Below are positions 55,866-64,000 of a stretch of DNA of 64,000 bases, piece by piece. The notes beneath the pieces were generated by a model. That model had not been told where the DNA came from. It saw only the letters and a program-made list of their open reading frames with translations, and did no database searches. Origin of the DNA: Parcubacteria bacterium C7867-007 (GTDB taxonomy: Bacteria; Patescibacteriota; Minisyncoccia; Phycocordibacterales; Phycocordibacteraceae); NCBI GenBank assembly GCA_001189195.1, contig LFCQ01000003.1, positions 141,645 through 205,644 of the forward strand, in the 5' to 3' direction. How positions within the stretch are numbered: position 1 is the stretch's first letter; every line of letters begins with the position of its first letter. The position numbers were made by a program, and so were the translations under genes.

Positions 55866-56126
55866 TTACATAATACGTGTTTTGAGGAATGAACGCACGA
55901 AAAAGACCGAAACGCAGATTATTAGACCGAATATGCTTGCGAAGGGCAAATAGCCGGTTGGTTCATAGAGGAGATCTGTTAGCATCCCTATAACAATTGC
56001 AATGGGTGGAAAGATGAAGGCTGCACATACGGCAAGAATAGCCGTTATCACACTTGGAAAAAGAAAGGGTGAGATGCAGGCAACGGCGATAATGCCAATG
56101 CGTGCTGCAGGTGGTATGTGCATCAT
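55866..56126 (-). CDS. mreD: rod shape-determining protein MreD-like small membrane protein
   Basis: 86 aa with 3 TM helices, positioned between mreC and PBP2. Confidence 0.5.
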   Translation of the reverse strand: MMHIPPAARIGIIAVACISPFLFPSVITAILAVCAAFIFPPIAIVIGMLTDLLYEPTGYLPFASIFGLIICVSVFFVRSFLKTRIM

Positions 56127-56926
56127 GGATTCATTCGTTCGATGGTGACCCAGGTTAGGGAGAAAGGGTTCAGATAGGGATGCACATGCAGCACAACATT
56201 CGGTGAAGATGGAGAACTGTCTATACGTGCCACCTGACCAACGGGAAGCGCTCCCGCACCTGCAATGTATACTCCCTGCCCCTCCATGACTCCTGCTGCT
56301 TTGGATAGTTCGGCGGTGAAGCCACCGGAACCAGAACCTTTTAGCATAACGGGAACACGGGTATCACCGGTCCACGCTGCAGTTTCAAGACCAGGATTTG
56401 AGTACAGGGTGATACGTGATGAGCGCGTAGAGACACTTGCAACGGTTCCTAGTGGCGTACCCCCAGGTCCGTAGGCTATAGCACCCAGTGACACACCAGA
56501 GGAGGTGCCCTGATCTATGATAAGCACGTCATATGGTGCTACAGGTGGTCTCGCCAATACTGCAGCAAGAATACCGGCGGTTGCCTCTGTGCGTGAGCCA
56601 AGCAATGCCTGCAAATCTTGTGCGCGGGTATTCAATCGGAGATTTTCAGCCTGCAGTGCCACATTCTCCGTGAGCAAACGATCACGTTCCCTTCCAAGCA
56701 TTTCTGCACTAGAGAATCCTCGTGTTACATACTGCACCCCTCCGGAAAAGTACGCACCCACATGCCATACCGGTGAAGCAATGGCAATAAATACTCCTGG
56801 TGCCGCGAACCGTATGATCGCCAGCACTACCATCATTAAAATAAGCACGCCCGCAATTACCTGCCCTGGAGTGGCAAGCGCGTTGCGACTACGAGCACTA
56901 GTTCTGCGTAAGGACGGCCTCTTCAT
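56123..56926 (-). CDS. mreC: rod shape-determining protein MreC
   Basis: Start taken at MKRPSLRR. The longer predicted ORF overlaps mreB. N-terminal TM, coiled coil and beta domains. Confidence 0.7.
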   Translation of the reverse strand: MKRPSLRRTSARSRNALATPGQVIAGVLILMMVVLAIIRFAAPGVFIAIASPVWHVGAYFSGGVQYVTRGFSSAEMLGRERDRLLTENVALQAENLRLNTRAQDLQALLGSRTEATAGILAAVLARPPVAPYDVLIIDQGTSSGVSLGAIAYGPGGTPLGTVASVSTRSSRITLYSNPGLETAAWTGDTRVPVMLKGSGSGGFTAELSKAAGVMEGQGVYIAGAGALPVGQVARIDSSPSSPNVVLHVHPYLNPFSLTWVTIERMNP

Positions 56927-57953
56927 GCATGAATGATTCTTCCCACATTCGTGGATTCTCAGTAACAATACCCGTACCCCGTACCACTGCAGTGAGTGGA
57001 TCATCTGCAACAAATACAGGTACTCCAAGCATCTTTGCGAGAAGCTCGGGAAGTCCGCGCAGCAATGCACCTCCCCCAAACACTGTTACGCCTCGCTCCA
57101 GTACATCTGAAAGTAGTTCTGGCGGTGTGCGTTCAATCACATCTTTCATTGCCTCCATTAAGCTATCCATGGAAGGTGCAAGTGCTTCACGTATATGTGC
57201 ATCAGTGAGAATGACTTCTCGAGGCAGTCCTGTTGCAAGATCACGTCCACGAATCGGACGCTCTAATATTTCATCAAGAGGTAGCACGGCGCCAATGGCA
57301 ATCTTTGCGTCCTCTGCGGTACGCTCACCAATTGCCAGAGAGAACTCACTGCGGACAAAATCAATAATATTATCGTTCAAACGATCGCCAGCCACCTGTG
57401 AACTCTTTCCTGCAACCGTTCCCCCAAGGGCGATCACGGCAATGTCTGTGGTACCTGCGCCAATATCCAGCACCATGGTACCAATTGCTTCATTAATAGG
57501 CAGCTTAGATCCAATTGCACCTGCCATCGGTTCCTCAAGAATATATACTTCACGTGCACCGCTGGTGAGTGCTGCATCACGTACTGCACGGCTTTCTACA
57601 TTCGTTACACCCGTTGGAACACCCACCACTACACGCGGTCCGAACAATCGAGTGCGACCACTTTGTGCCTTATGAATAAGGTATGCAAGAAGTTCCTGGG
57701 TCACTTCGAAGTCGGAAATAACCCCATGAGAAAGGGGCCGTACTGCTTTAATGTGCGGTGGTGTTTTCCCAAGCATAGCCTTAGCTGCATTACCCACCGC
57801 AACTACTTGTCCTGTTTTCTCATTCACCGTTACTACAGAAGGTTCATTAATAACTATGCCGCGTCCACGTACATACACCAGTGTGTTACCCGTACCGAGA
57901 TCGATACCAATATCGCTCGAGAAGAGTGAGTTAGTACTAAAACGCTTTGCCAT
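56898..57953 (-). CDS. mreB: rod shape-determining protein MreB (actin homologue)
   Basis: DLGTGNTLVYVRGRGIV phosphate-1 motif, and actin-fold motifs throughout. Confidence 0.92.
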   Translation of the reverse strand: MAKRFSTNSLFSSDIGIDLGTGNTLVYVRGRGIVINEPSVVTVNEKTGQVVAVGNAAKAMLGKTPPHIKAVRPLSHGVISDFEVTQELLAYLIHKAQSGRTRLFGPRVVVGVPTGVTNVESRAVRDAALTSGAREVYILEEPMAGAIGSKLPINEAIGTMVLDIGAGTTDIAVIALGGTVAGKSSQVAGDRLNDNIIDFVRSEFSLAIGERTAEDAKIAIGAVLPLDEILERPIRGRDLATGLPREVILTDAHIREALAPSMDSLMEAMKDVIERTPPELLSDVLERGVTVFGGGALLRGLPELLAKMLGVPVFVADDPLTAVVRGTGIVTENPRMWEESFMHEEAVLTQN

Positions 57954-57958
57954 AAAAG

Positions 57959-59221
57959 TTATGTGGAAACTGAGCCCATGTGTGAGAGGAGCTCGGTACG
58001 AGTTACCTTCTTCACTTCTCCTGTTGCACGGTCTACAACCTCAACCAACCCACTCGAGATGGTGTCCTTTCCAACAAGAATACGTGTTGGGATACCAATC
58101 AGATCACTGTCAGCCAACTTCTCACCTGCACGCGCATCGCGATCATCATAGAGAACCTCAACACCAACTGCAGTTAGTTCTTCATACAGAGAATCTGCGT
58201 AAGCGACCACCACTTCATCATTTGCTACGAGTGAAAGAAGATGAATACCATACGGCGCAACTGACGCTGGCCATACAATTCCCTTATCGTCTGAAAGTAG
58301 TTCAACAATAGTTCCCATCAAGCGACCGATACCAATACCGTACGCACCGAATACTGCTGGCTTATCAATACCGTCCTCATCTTTGAATGTAACACCAAGC
58401 TCCTTGGTATACCGTGTTCCGTACTTGAATATGTTACCCACCTCAATAGACTTTGCTTCACGCAGGGTCTCGCGCTTTACACCAAGTCCCTCCAGGATGT
58501 CGTCCTTCATCACCTCTTCGTTCACGGCGATGTTCTGAGAGTCATCAATGTATATGATATCTTCTCCTGCATCACAGACCGTTTGGAACTCATGACTAAA
58601 CTGAGAGAACATGCCGCCTGATGCGAATGTTACGAACGTCTTGTCTCCGATACCAGCACGATCATATACGTTCTTGTATGCCTGAATAGCCTTCTCATAG
58701 AATGCATCAAGTTCTTCTTCGGTGCGATTGAAAGAATACATATCTTTCATCATGAATTCTCGGCCACGCATGATACCGCTCTTTGCGCGTAGTTCATTAC
58801 GGAACTTAGTCTGGAACTGGTAGGTGTATTTTGGGAGATCACGATATGAGTTCACATGATCACGCATCATACGTGCCATTGGTTCTTCGTGAGTACAACC
58901 AAGACCAAGTTCGGTATCATTCTTTAGTTTTGTCTTAAACCAAACATCAACTTTCTCATCATCCCAACGATCCGTAGCCTTCCAGATCTCTGGATCCTGA
59001 AGCGCAGTGAGAGAAAGTTCCTGACCACCAATGGCATTCATCTCCTCACGGATTACTCCCTTGATCTTCTCTATCACACGCATACCAAGAGGCAGATAGT
59101 CATATGCACCTGCCATTTCCTTATGAACGTAGCCTGCACGAATTAGGAGTTGTGCATTCTTTGATACTTCATCTGCCGGTGCTTCCCGGCGAGTCTTTGT
59201 GAAAAGGTGTGTTTGCCGCAT
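57959..59221 (-). CDS. proS: prolyl-tRNA synthetase, short form lacking the INS editing domain
   Basis: N-terminus AQLLIRAGYV...AGAYDYLPLG is typical of ProRS. Class II core plus anticodon-binding domain. Only 420 aa. Confidence 0.75.
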   Translation of the reverse strand: MRQTHLFTKTRREAPADEVSKNAQLLIRAGYVHKEMAGAYDYLPLGMRVIEKIKGVIREEMNAIGGQELSLTALQDPEIWKATDRWDDEKVDVWFKTKLKNDTELGLGCTHEEPMARMMRDHVNSYRDLPKYTYQFQTKFRNELRAKSGIMRGREFMMKDMYSFNRTEEELDAFYEKAIQAYKNVYDRAGIGDKTFVTFASGGMFSQFSHEFQTVCDAGEDIIYIDDSQNIAVNEEVMKDDILEGLGVKRETLREAKSIEVGNIFKYGTRYTKELGVTFKDEDGIDKPAVFGAYGIGIGRLMGTIVELLSDDKGIVWPASVAPYGIHLLSLVANDEVVVAYADSLYEELTAVGVEVLYDDRDARAGEKLADSDLIGIPTRILVGKDTISSGLVEVVDRATGEVKKVTRTELLSHMGSVST

Positions 59222-59325
59222 TCCCCACAGTATACGGCTCTTAGTTCCCTTCGCAAAAGGTGTTTGCCAGTCTGTAGTAAGTGTTGTACGGTCAGAGTAG
59301 ATTCAACACAGGCGGGAGCCAGAAA

Positions 59326-59835
59326 ATGTATTCCTTCACTGACAAGACTGTTCTCGTCCTTACGCGAGGAGGTTCTTTCGATAAGATCTATCCTGAGGGC
59401 AAAGGAACATATGAATTTGTCTTTCCAAAGAAAAGCGCCGTATACGAAATTATCGAAAGAATGCGTTTAACAAACATTCGTGTTCACTCCATGAATCCGA
59501 TGGACAGCCTGGACATGGATGTATCTGATTATCGAGCAACTGCACGGCAATGTATAACTGAACCTGAAGAAAGACAGGTAATAGTCCACGGCACTGACGG
59601 TATAATTGAGGTAGCTTCACGTATCACGCAGCATGATCTTCCCAAGACTATCGTGGTCACAGGTTCATCATTACCTGCGTGCGTTCGCGGTTCAGATGCA
59701 GACACCAATTTTGCTGGGGCTATTTGTGCAGTACGAATTCTTCCTTATGGCGTATACATACACATGCATGGGAGAACCTTCCGGTGGGATGAGTGCGAGA
59801 AAAACGACCTGGGTCAATTTGTTCCACTACCATGA
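59326..59835 (+). CDS. asparaginase/glutaminase-like N-terminal-domain protein (short)
   Basis: KTVLVLTRGGSF and VIVHGTDGIIEVASRI resemble the type I asparaginase TGGT and hGTDT motifs, but the catalytic Thr of the first motif is replaced. Confidence 0.4.
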   Translation: MYSFTDKTVLVLTRGGSFDKIYPEGKGTYEFVFPKKSAVYEIIERMRLTNIRVHSMNPMDSLDMDVSDYRATARQCITEPEERQVIVHGTDGIIEVASRITQHDLPKTIVVTGSSLPACVRGSDADTNFAGAICAVRILPYGVYIHMHGRTFRWDECEKNDLGQFVPLP

Positions 59836-59870
59836 AATTGATCGAGCGCCCATAGTGGCGCTCGATACTT

Positions 59871-60962
59871 TTATGCGAAGAGTTTAAACACGTCGTGTGC
59901 AGATACGACAATCATCAGTAGAATCAGGAATGCAAATCCAATGGTGTTAACGGTACGTCCCACCCCAGCATTAATGGGCCTTCGCGTAACAGTTTCAATA
60001 AGCACAAAGAGGAGGCGGCCCCCATCTAGAGCAGGGATTGGAATGAGGTTTATGAGTGCAAGGTTGATGGAAATGATAGCCGTGATAACAAGAAGCGCCG
60101 TTAATCCATTGTCTGCAGCACTTCCCACTGCCCCAGCAATACCTATAGGGCCTGTCACCTGTGCGAGGTTCGTGGAGAACGTAAAGATACCTCCAAAGAA
60201 ATGCGCAAGACCAATTGCAGTTTGTTTCGTGAGTTCCCAAGTTAGAACTGCCCCTTGAATGGGTGCTTCATACCACGTAACAGCAACAGTACCCACCGAA
60301 GAAACGGCCACACCCAAACCAATGCGCCATGGCTCCGCTGCAATAACACCACTCTGTGGAGTTGCCACAATGGTTATGGGTTCATTGTTTCGTTCAACTT
60401 CAAACGTGAGAGGAGTGAGGGTACGATCATCTGCAACATATGCAGTGAATGCATCAGTTCCTGCCCCCGTAAAGGTTCCATTCTTTCCTTCAACAGAACG
60501 AATCAGGTCTCCCGGCATAAATCCTGCTTCTGCTGCAGGACTTCCTGGAAGTACATCGGCAACAGCAATAACGGCATTAGGGTCCCGCATCGCCTCTTCA
60601 TCAGTGAGTGCACGCTGTGTTCCAAGACCCAGTGACACCACAATAAGTACGTATGCAAACAACAGGTTCATTGCAATACCTGCCACCAACGTTAACGCTT
60701 GAAGAATTTTTGGTCGTGCACTGAATGCATCTCCTCCAGAGGCATCATTAGCGTCTTCCCCATATATACGTACGAAACCACCAAACGGTATCCAGTTAAG
60801 CGTATATTCTGTGCCTCCTTTCTTAAAACCCCAGGCACGCGGAGGGTATCCAATACCAAATTCATCAACGCGCATGCCCGAAAGTTTTGCAACGACAAAG
60901 TGACCAAACTCATGCGCAACGATAAGTGCGACGAGTACGAGGATGAAAAGGATGACTGACAT
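59871..60962 (-). CDS. rseP: RseP-like site-2 protease (M50 zinc metalloprotease with PDZ)
   Basis: HEFGHFVVA HExxH in TM1, a PDZ domain, and a C-terminal LDGG motif. Confidence 0.85.
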   Translation of the reverse strand: MSVILFILVLVALIVAHEFGHFVVAKLSGMRVDEFGIGYPPRAWGFKKGGTEYTLNWIPFGGFVRIYGEDANDASGGDAFSARPKILQALTLVAGIAMNLLFAYVLIVVSLGLGTQRALTDEEAMRDPNAVIAVADVLPGSPAAEAGFMPGDLIRSVEGKNGTFTGAGTDAFTAYVADDRTLTPLTFEVERNNEPITIVATPQSGVIAAEPWRIGLGVAVSSVGTVAVTWYEAPIQGAVLTWELTKQTAIGLAHFFGGIFTFSTNLAQVTGPIGIAGAVGSAADNGLTALLVITAIISINLALINLIPIPALDGGRLLFVLIETVTRRPINAGVGRTVNTIGFAFLILLMIVVSAHDVFKLFA

Positions 60963-61075
60963 TCCCCCAGTTTACACTACCTACATAAATAAGTTCTAAA
61001 ATTCTAACTAAGCTATCTCAGGCTATTCAGCACTAAACTGTCCCTATATTACTCTGTGCGTTCGACTATTAAGTA

Positions 61076-61483
61076 ATGGGTAGCAAGTACGGTCTTAGCG
61101 CGTGGCACAAAATAAAGCATTGGTTGAATACAATGCGTCCTGACCAAACACTCTATTTTAATGAGCGGGAGGTTTGGTTTTGCTACTTGGGGGCAAATGT
61201 AGGGTATGAACAGAATGGACGCGGAAGAGAGTTTTTGAGACCTGTGATAATTGTAAAGAAATACAATAAAAATCTATTTCTTGGTATTCCGTTGACGAGC
61301 AAGGTCAAAAGTACGCCGTATTATTTTCCTCTTGGTGTTATACGTGGATCTACTTCAGCAGCTATTTTAATCCAAACAAGATCACTCAGCTCAAGAAGGC
61401 TTATCAATAAAATTGCGAAGATTGATGTGTGTACGTTTAATAAAATGAAAACAGCCGCCATGACCTGTGTCTTTGGCGACTGA
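61076..61483 (+). CDS. PemK/MazF-family endoribonuclease toxin-like protein (no upstream antitoxin ORF found)
   Basis: REVWFCYLGANVGYEQNGRGREFLRPVIIVKKYNKNLFLGIPLTS aligns by eye to the MazF/EndoA core ([25 protein letters not shown]...). About 35% GC. Confidence 0.65.
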   Translation: MGSKYGLSAWHKIKHWLNTMRPDQTLYFNEREVWFCYLGANVGYEQNGRGREFLRPVIIVKKYNKNLFLGIPLTSKVKSTPYYFPLGVIRGSTSAAILIQTRSLSSRRLINKIAKIDVCTFNKMKTAAMTCVFGD

Positions 61484-61591
61484 TTTCTTTCCCCCCTTTA
61501 GGGGGAGACGACAGGTTTCCCTGAAGCCCAATTGCCTCATCTAATGAGACTGAGGAGAGTGTACCAAATCTTCCTGACCTACTCAACTAAT

Positions 61592-62143
61592 TTACAGCGC
61601 AATCTCTTCGTGCTTTCGCTTGGTCTGTGCCTCAAGCATTTCCACACCTTTGTCTATAAACTTCTGTACTTCTTCCTTTAGCCGCTTTAATTCATCAGCA
61701 CCCATGCCACCCTCTTTCTCAGCTGCCTCAATCTCCTTTATGGCATCGGTACGGTGACCACGTAGTGTTATCTTTGCCTGTTCTGTTTTTTCACCAGCAA
61801 GTTTCTGGAGCATGGTTCGTCGTTCTGCCGTAAGCATTGGGAAGATCACACGAAGACCTGTATCATCCACAGCAACAGAAACACCGAGATCTGCTTCGTT
61901 AATAGCACGCTCAACATCCTTGGTGATCGATTTATCCCAGGGAACGATTCGAAGAGTACGGGCATCTTCAATCGTTACACTCGCTACTGAGGGGATCGGG
62001 GTGCGCGCTCCATAAATCTCTGGCTTGATGGAATCCAGAAGTGTAGGGGTTGCCCGTCCAGTACGAATGTTTGACATCTCGCGCTGAAGCCACTCCTCAG
62101 TCTCCTGGATGTTCGCCTTTAGTTTGGAAAAGTCATATGCCAT
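61592..62143 (-). CDS. frr: ribosome recycling factor
   Basis: MSNIRTGRATPTLLDSIKPEIYG signature. Start chosen at MAYDFSKL. Confidence 0.85.
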   Translation of the reverse strand: MAYDFSKLKANIQETEEWLQREMSNIRTGRATPTLLDSIKPEIYGARTPIPSVASVTIEDARTLRIVPWDKSITKDVERAINEADLGVSVAVDDTGLRVIFPMLTAERRTMLQKLAGEKTEQAKITLRGHRTDAIKEIEAAEKEGGMGADELKRLKEEVQKFIDKGVEMLEAQTKRKHEEIAL

Positions 62144-62217
62144 ATAGAGGGAGTGTAGCAGAAGTGGTGACGGTATAAAAGAATGAGCTGCCCGGACTTC
62201 GCCGGACAGCCACATAT

Positions 62218-62706
62218 TCAGGCGGCTCTTGTTCTGAGCCATGGTTCGGGATATTCCATTACTGGTATCCCATATTCCTGAGCAAACTCACGCTCCTTGC
62301 ATGCTCCAGTTGAACTCTCCCAACCAGGCAAGAACAGCAGCTGCTGGACTAACCCAGACTGAAATAGCGGACCATAGAAGTTAGTGAGGATTCCCATGTT
62401 GTACGGACCGCCACGGTGATGATCAGTGATACGAATGATCACTTTCTGGAACGGGATTTGATTGAACGTTACGTAACTTCTTTCCCGTGCCATCTTCACG
62501 GCATACGCGAATAGGTCCATGTTGGCTTCAAGTGTGCCCAGTCCTCCTGTGGTCATAGGTCCACAGATCTGGTTCACCAACCCGAACTTGCGTAGTTCGG
62601 TTAGCATCTCAATGCCATGGGTAACCGCATCGGCGAATGTTTCGTGAACATCCAGTCGTGCTAGATGTTCCTCTGTCCAGTGATCGTGTTGCACTACACC
62701 CTCCAT
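62218..62706 (-). CDS. hypothetical protein (DUF4406/nucleoside 2-deoxyribosyltransferase-like pattern)
   Basis: QICGPMTTG resembles the YISGPxTG motif of DUF4406 proteins. Weak call. Confidence 0.4.
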   Translation of the reverse strand: MEGVVQHDHWTEEHLARLDVHETFADAVTHGIEMLTELRKFGLVNQICGPMTTGGLGTLEANMDLFAYAVKMARERSYVTFNQIPFQKVIIRITDHHRGGPYNMGILTNFYGPLFQSGLVQQLLFLPGWESSTGACKEREFAQEYGIPVMEYPEPWLRTRAA

Positions 62707-62867
62707 TCCCTGTTAACTCCACTATTCAGGATATAAGCCACTGGAAGATTAGTAAATAAAGTAAGCATAAACAGACTATAAAATATGGCTTTAGTGGCTG
62801 AGTGGGTATACCTACTTAATTCAGCACTATATAAAGCCCGATCTCGTAGCATGAATTATAAGACTTC

Positions 62868-64000
62868 ATGCAAACGGATATACAAGATCTTCTTCGGCGA
62901 AATCCCATCCCTATCGTGCTATTAGTAGATGCGCTTATTGTATCTGCCTACGCACTACGCGCATCTGACATTCATGTTGCACCCGGAACGCACGCACTCC
63001 TTATTCGATTCCGTATTGATGGTCATCTTATTGATGCGCATCAGCTACCACTCACAGTGCACGCTGAAGTGATTGCTCGACTAAAGATACTTGCTGGACT
63101 ACGAACTGATGAACACCAAACCGCACAAGACGGACGGTTTCGTTTCGAACAAGAAGACAAACTAATCGACATTCGTGTTTCCATAGCTCCTACCTATACC
63201 GGTGAGAATGCAGTATTACGTTTGCTTCCGATAGTGGCTACTGCTCCTTCCCTCTCTACATTGGGGTTTTCTGAAGCACAGCAAACTCTCATTCATAAAG
63301 CACTTGCACGCCCGTATGGAATGATACTCACCACGGGTCCCACGGGTTCGGGAAAGACCACGACTCTGTACACACTTCTTACGCAACTTGCAAAGCGTGA
63401 TGTATCGGTAGTTACCATCGAGGATCCTGTTGAGTATGCTCTGGAAGGTATTACTCAAATCCAAACAAATGAACGTACAGGCATAACCTTTGCAGGTGGG
63501 CTACGCAGTATCCTCCGCCAGGATCCAGATGTGTTACTTGTGGGAGAGATTCGTGATACCGAAACTGCCCGCATTGCTACAAATGCAGCACTAACTGGTC
63601 ACCAAGTTCTCTCTACGTTGCATGCGAACAATGCGATTGCAGCCTTTATACGACTTCGTGATTTAGGTGTTGAAAGTTATTTACTTGCATCGACCATATC
63701 ACTAGTTATTGCGCAACGACTCGTTCGTGTGAATTGTACACACTGCGTGGTTCCCATGTTTGCAGATGAAGCCACTACCGCCCTCTTCGATATCACCATT
63801 TACATGAGAAGTGGTGGGTGCAAGCAATGCAACGGTACTGGATTTTCAGGAAGAGTTGGCATCTTCGAACTACTTCTCGTAGACTCCACGATTCGTGACT
63901 GTATTGGGGATGACGATCTGGAAACTCTGTTAGAAGTTGCTATAGGGAGCGGCAGCTTCGTGCCACTCCCTGTTGCGGGGATGCATTTGGTTCATGAAGG
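62868..64000 (+). CDS. pilB: GspE/PilB-family type IV pilus assembly ATPase (3' partial, short N-terminus)
   Basis: Open frame from ATG 62868 to the window end. Walker A TGPTGSGKTTTL, Asp/His boxes, and the tetracysteine motif CTHC...CKQC typical of PilB/GspE rather than PilT. Confidence 0.8.
   Translation, partial: MQTDIQDLLRRNPIPIVLLVDALIVSAYALRASDIHVAPGTHALLIRFRIDGHLIDAHQLPLTVHAEVIARLKILAGLRTDEHQTAQDGRFRFEQEDKLIDIRVSIAPTYTGENAVLRLLPIVATAPSLSTLGFSEAQQTLIHKALARPYGMILTTGPTGSGKTTTLYTLLTQLAKRDVSVVTIEDPVEYALEGITQIQTNERTGITFAGGLRSILRQDPDVLLVGEIRDTETARIATNAALTGHQVLSTLHANNAIAAFIRLRDLGVESYLLASTISLVIAQRLVRVNCTHCVVPMFADEATTALFDITIYMRSGGCKQCNGTGFSGRVGIFELLLVDSTIRDCIGDDDLETLLEVAIGSGSFVPLPVAGMHLVHE

Noticed and set aside
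56927-57079. N-terminal 51 codons of the predicted mreC ORF
   Set aside because: They overlap the mreB 3' end in another frame. The conserved MreC begins at MKRPSLRR with a TM helix.
56929-57675. 248-aa plus-strand ORF inside mreB
   Set aside because: It is the antisense of mreB, Ser/Arg/Ala-rich with no start context.
62707-62867. Possible tRNA upstream of pilB (ggctttagtggctgagtggg resembles a tRNA 5' end)
   Set aside because: No D-stem complement, no T-loop GTTCRANYC motif and no acceptor complement on either strand. It is more likely a promoter region.
63216-63464. 82-aa minus-strand ORF
   Set aside because: It lies antisense within the PilB-like ATPase coding region.
1-64000. CRISPR arrays, rRNA genes, integrases or transposases
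   Set aside because: No regularly spaced direct repeats, no rRNA-like conserved blocks, and no recombinase motifs seen in any long ORF. The GC-rich islands have no flanking direct repeats that I could detect by eye.

Overview
The window is a gene-dense, roughly 48-50% GC bacterial chromosome segment made up mostly of housekeeping genes. It holds seven aminoacyl-tRNA synthetase genes: tyrS, trpS, an archaeal-type aspS, gltX, cysS, lysS, and a short proS with no editing insertion. The dcw/cell-wall cluster is split across the window, with mraY-ftsW-murG on the plus strand and mraZ-rsmH-ftsL-ftsI-murF on the minus strand. Also present are mreBCD with PBP2, scpAB, dnaB, recR, greA, frr, rseP, corA, ribosomal protein genes L27, L9 and L21, a type IV pilin, and a partial PilB-like ATPase at the 3' edge. 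I found two tRNAs by eye: tRNA-Tyr(GTA) at 2899-2984 and tRNA-Glu(CTC) at 45681-45752 on the minus strand. I saw no rRNA, CRISPR array, integrase or transposase. Gene content and style suggest a reduced genome, possibly Patescibacteria/CPR-like such as Saccharibacteria, but that is low-confidence inference. The evidence for it is the many small genes, abundant pilus genes, archaeal-type AspRS, a short ProRS, a LAGLIDADG-like ORF and a LOG-family protein. The most notable observations are as follows. (1) A LAGLIDADG-like/HTH homing-endonuclease-type ORF sits between tyrS and an intact tRNA-Tyr, and its last 38 nt overlap the tRNA. (2) Short GC-rich (about 55-60%) single-gene islands recur between core genes, most of them bounded by terminators, and their codon usage looks foreign (high GC3). 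(3) A consensus sigma70 promoter drives a 65-aa TM peptide gene, followed by a large GC-rich B12-binding radical-SAM-like protein with an N-terminal signal-peptide-like segment and an atypical CX9CX2C cysteine triad. (4) A secreted 92-aa protein that is about 24% methionine, with tandem repeats, lies next to a CcdA-thioredoxin fusion and an XRE/membrane regulator pair. (5) An orphan, AT-rich MazF/PemK-like toxin gene has no upstream antitoxin ORF. (6) A 530-bp convergent intergenic region carries nested inverted repeats. All functional calls come from motif recognition by eye in the supplied translations; no database search was possible.
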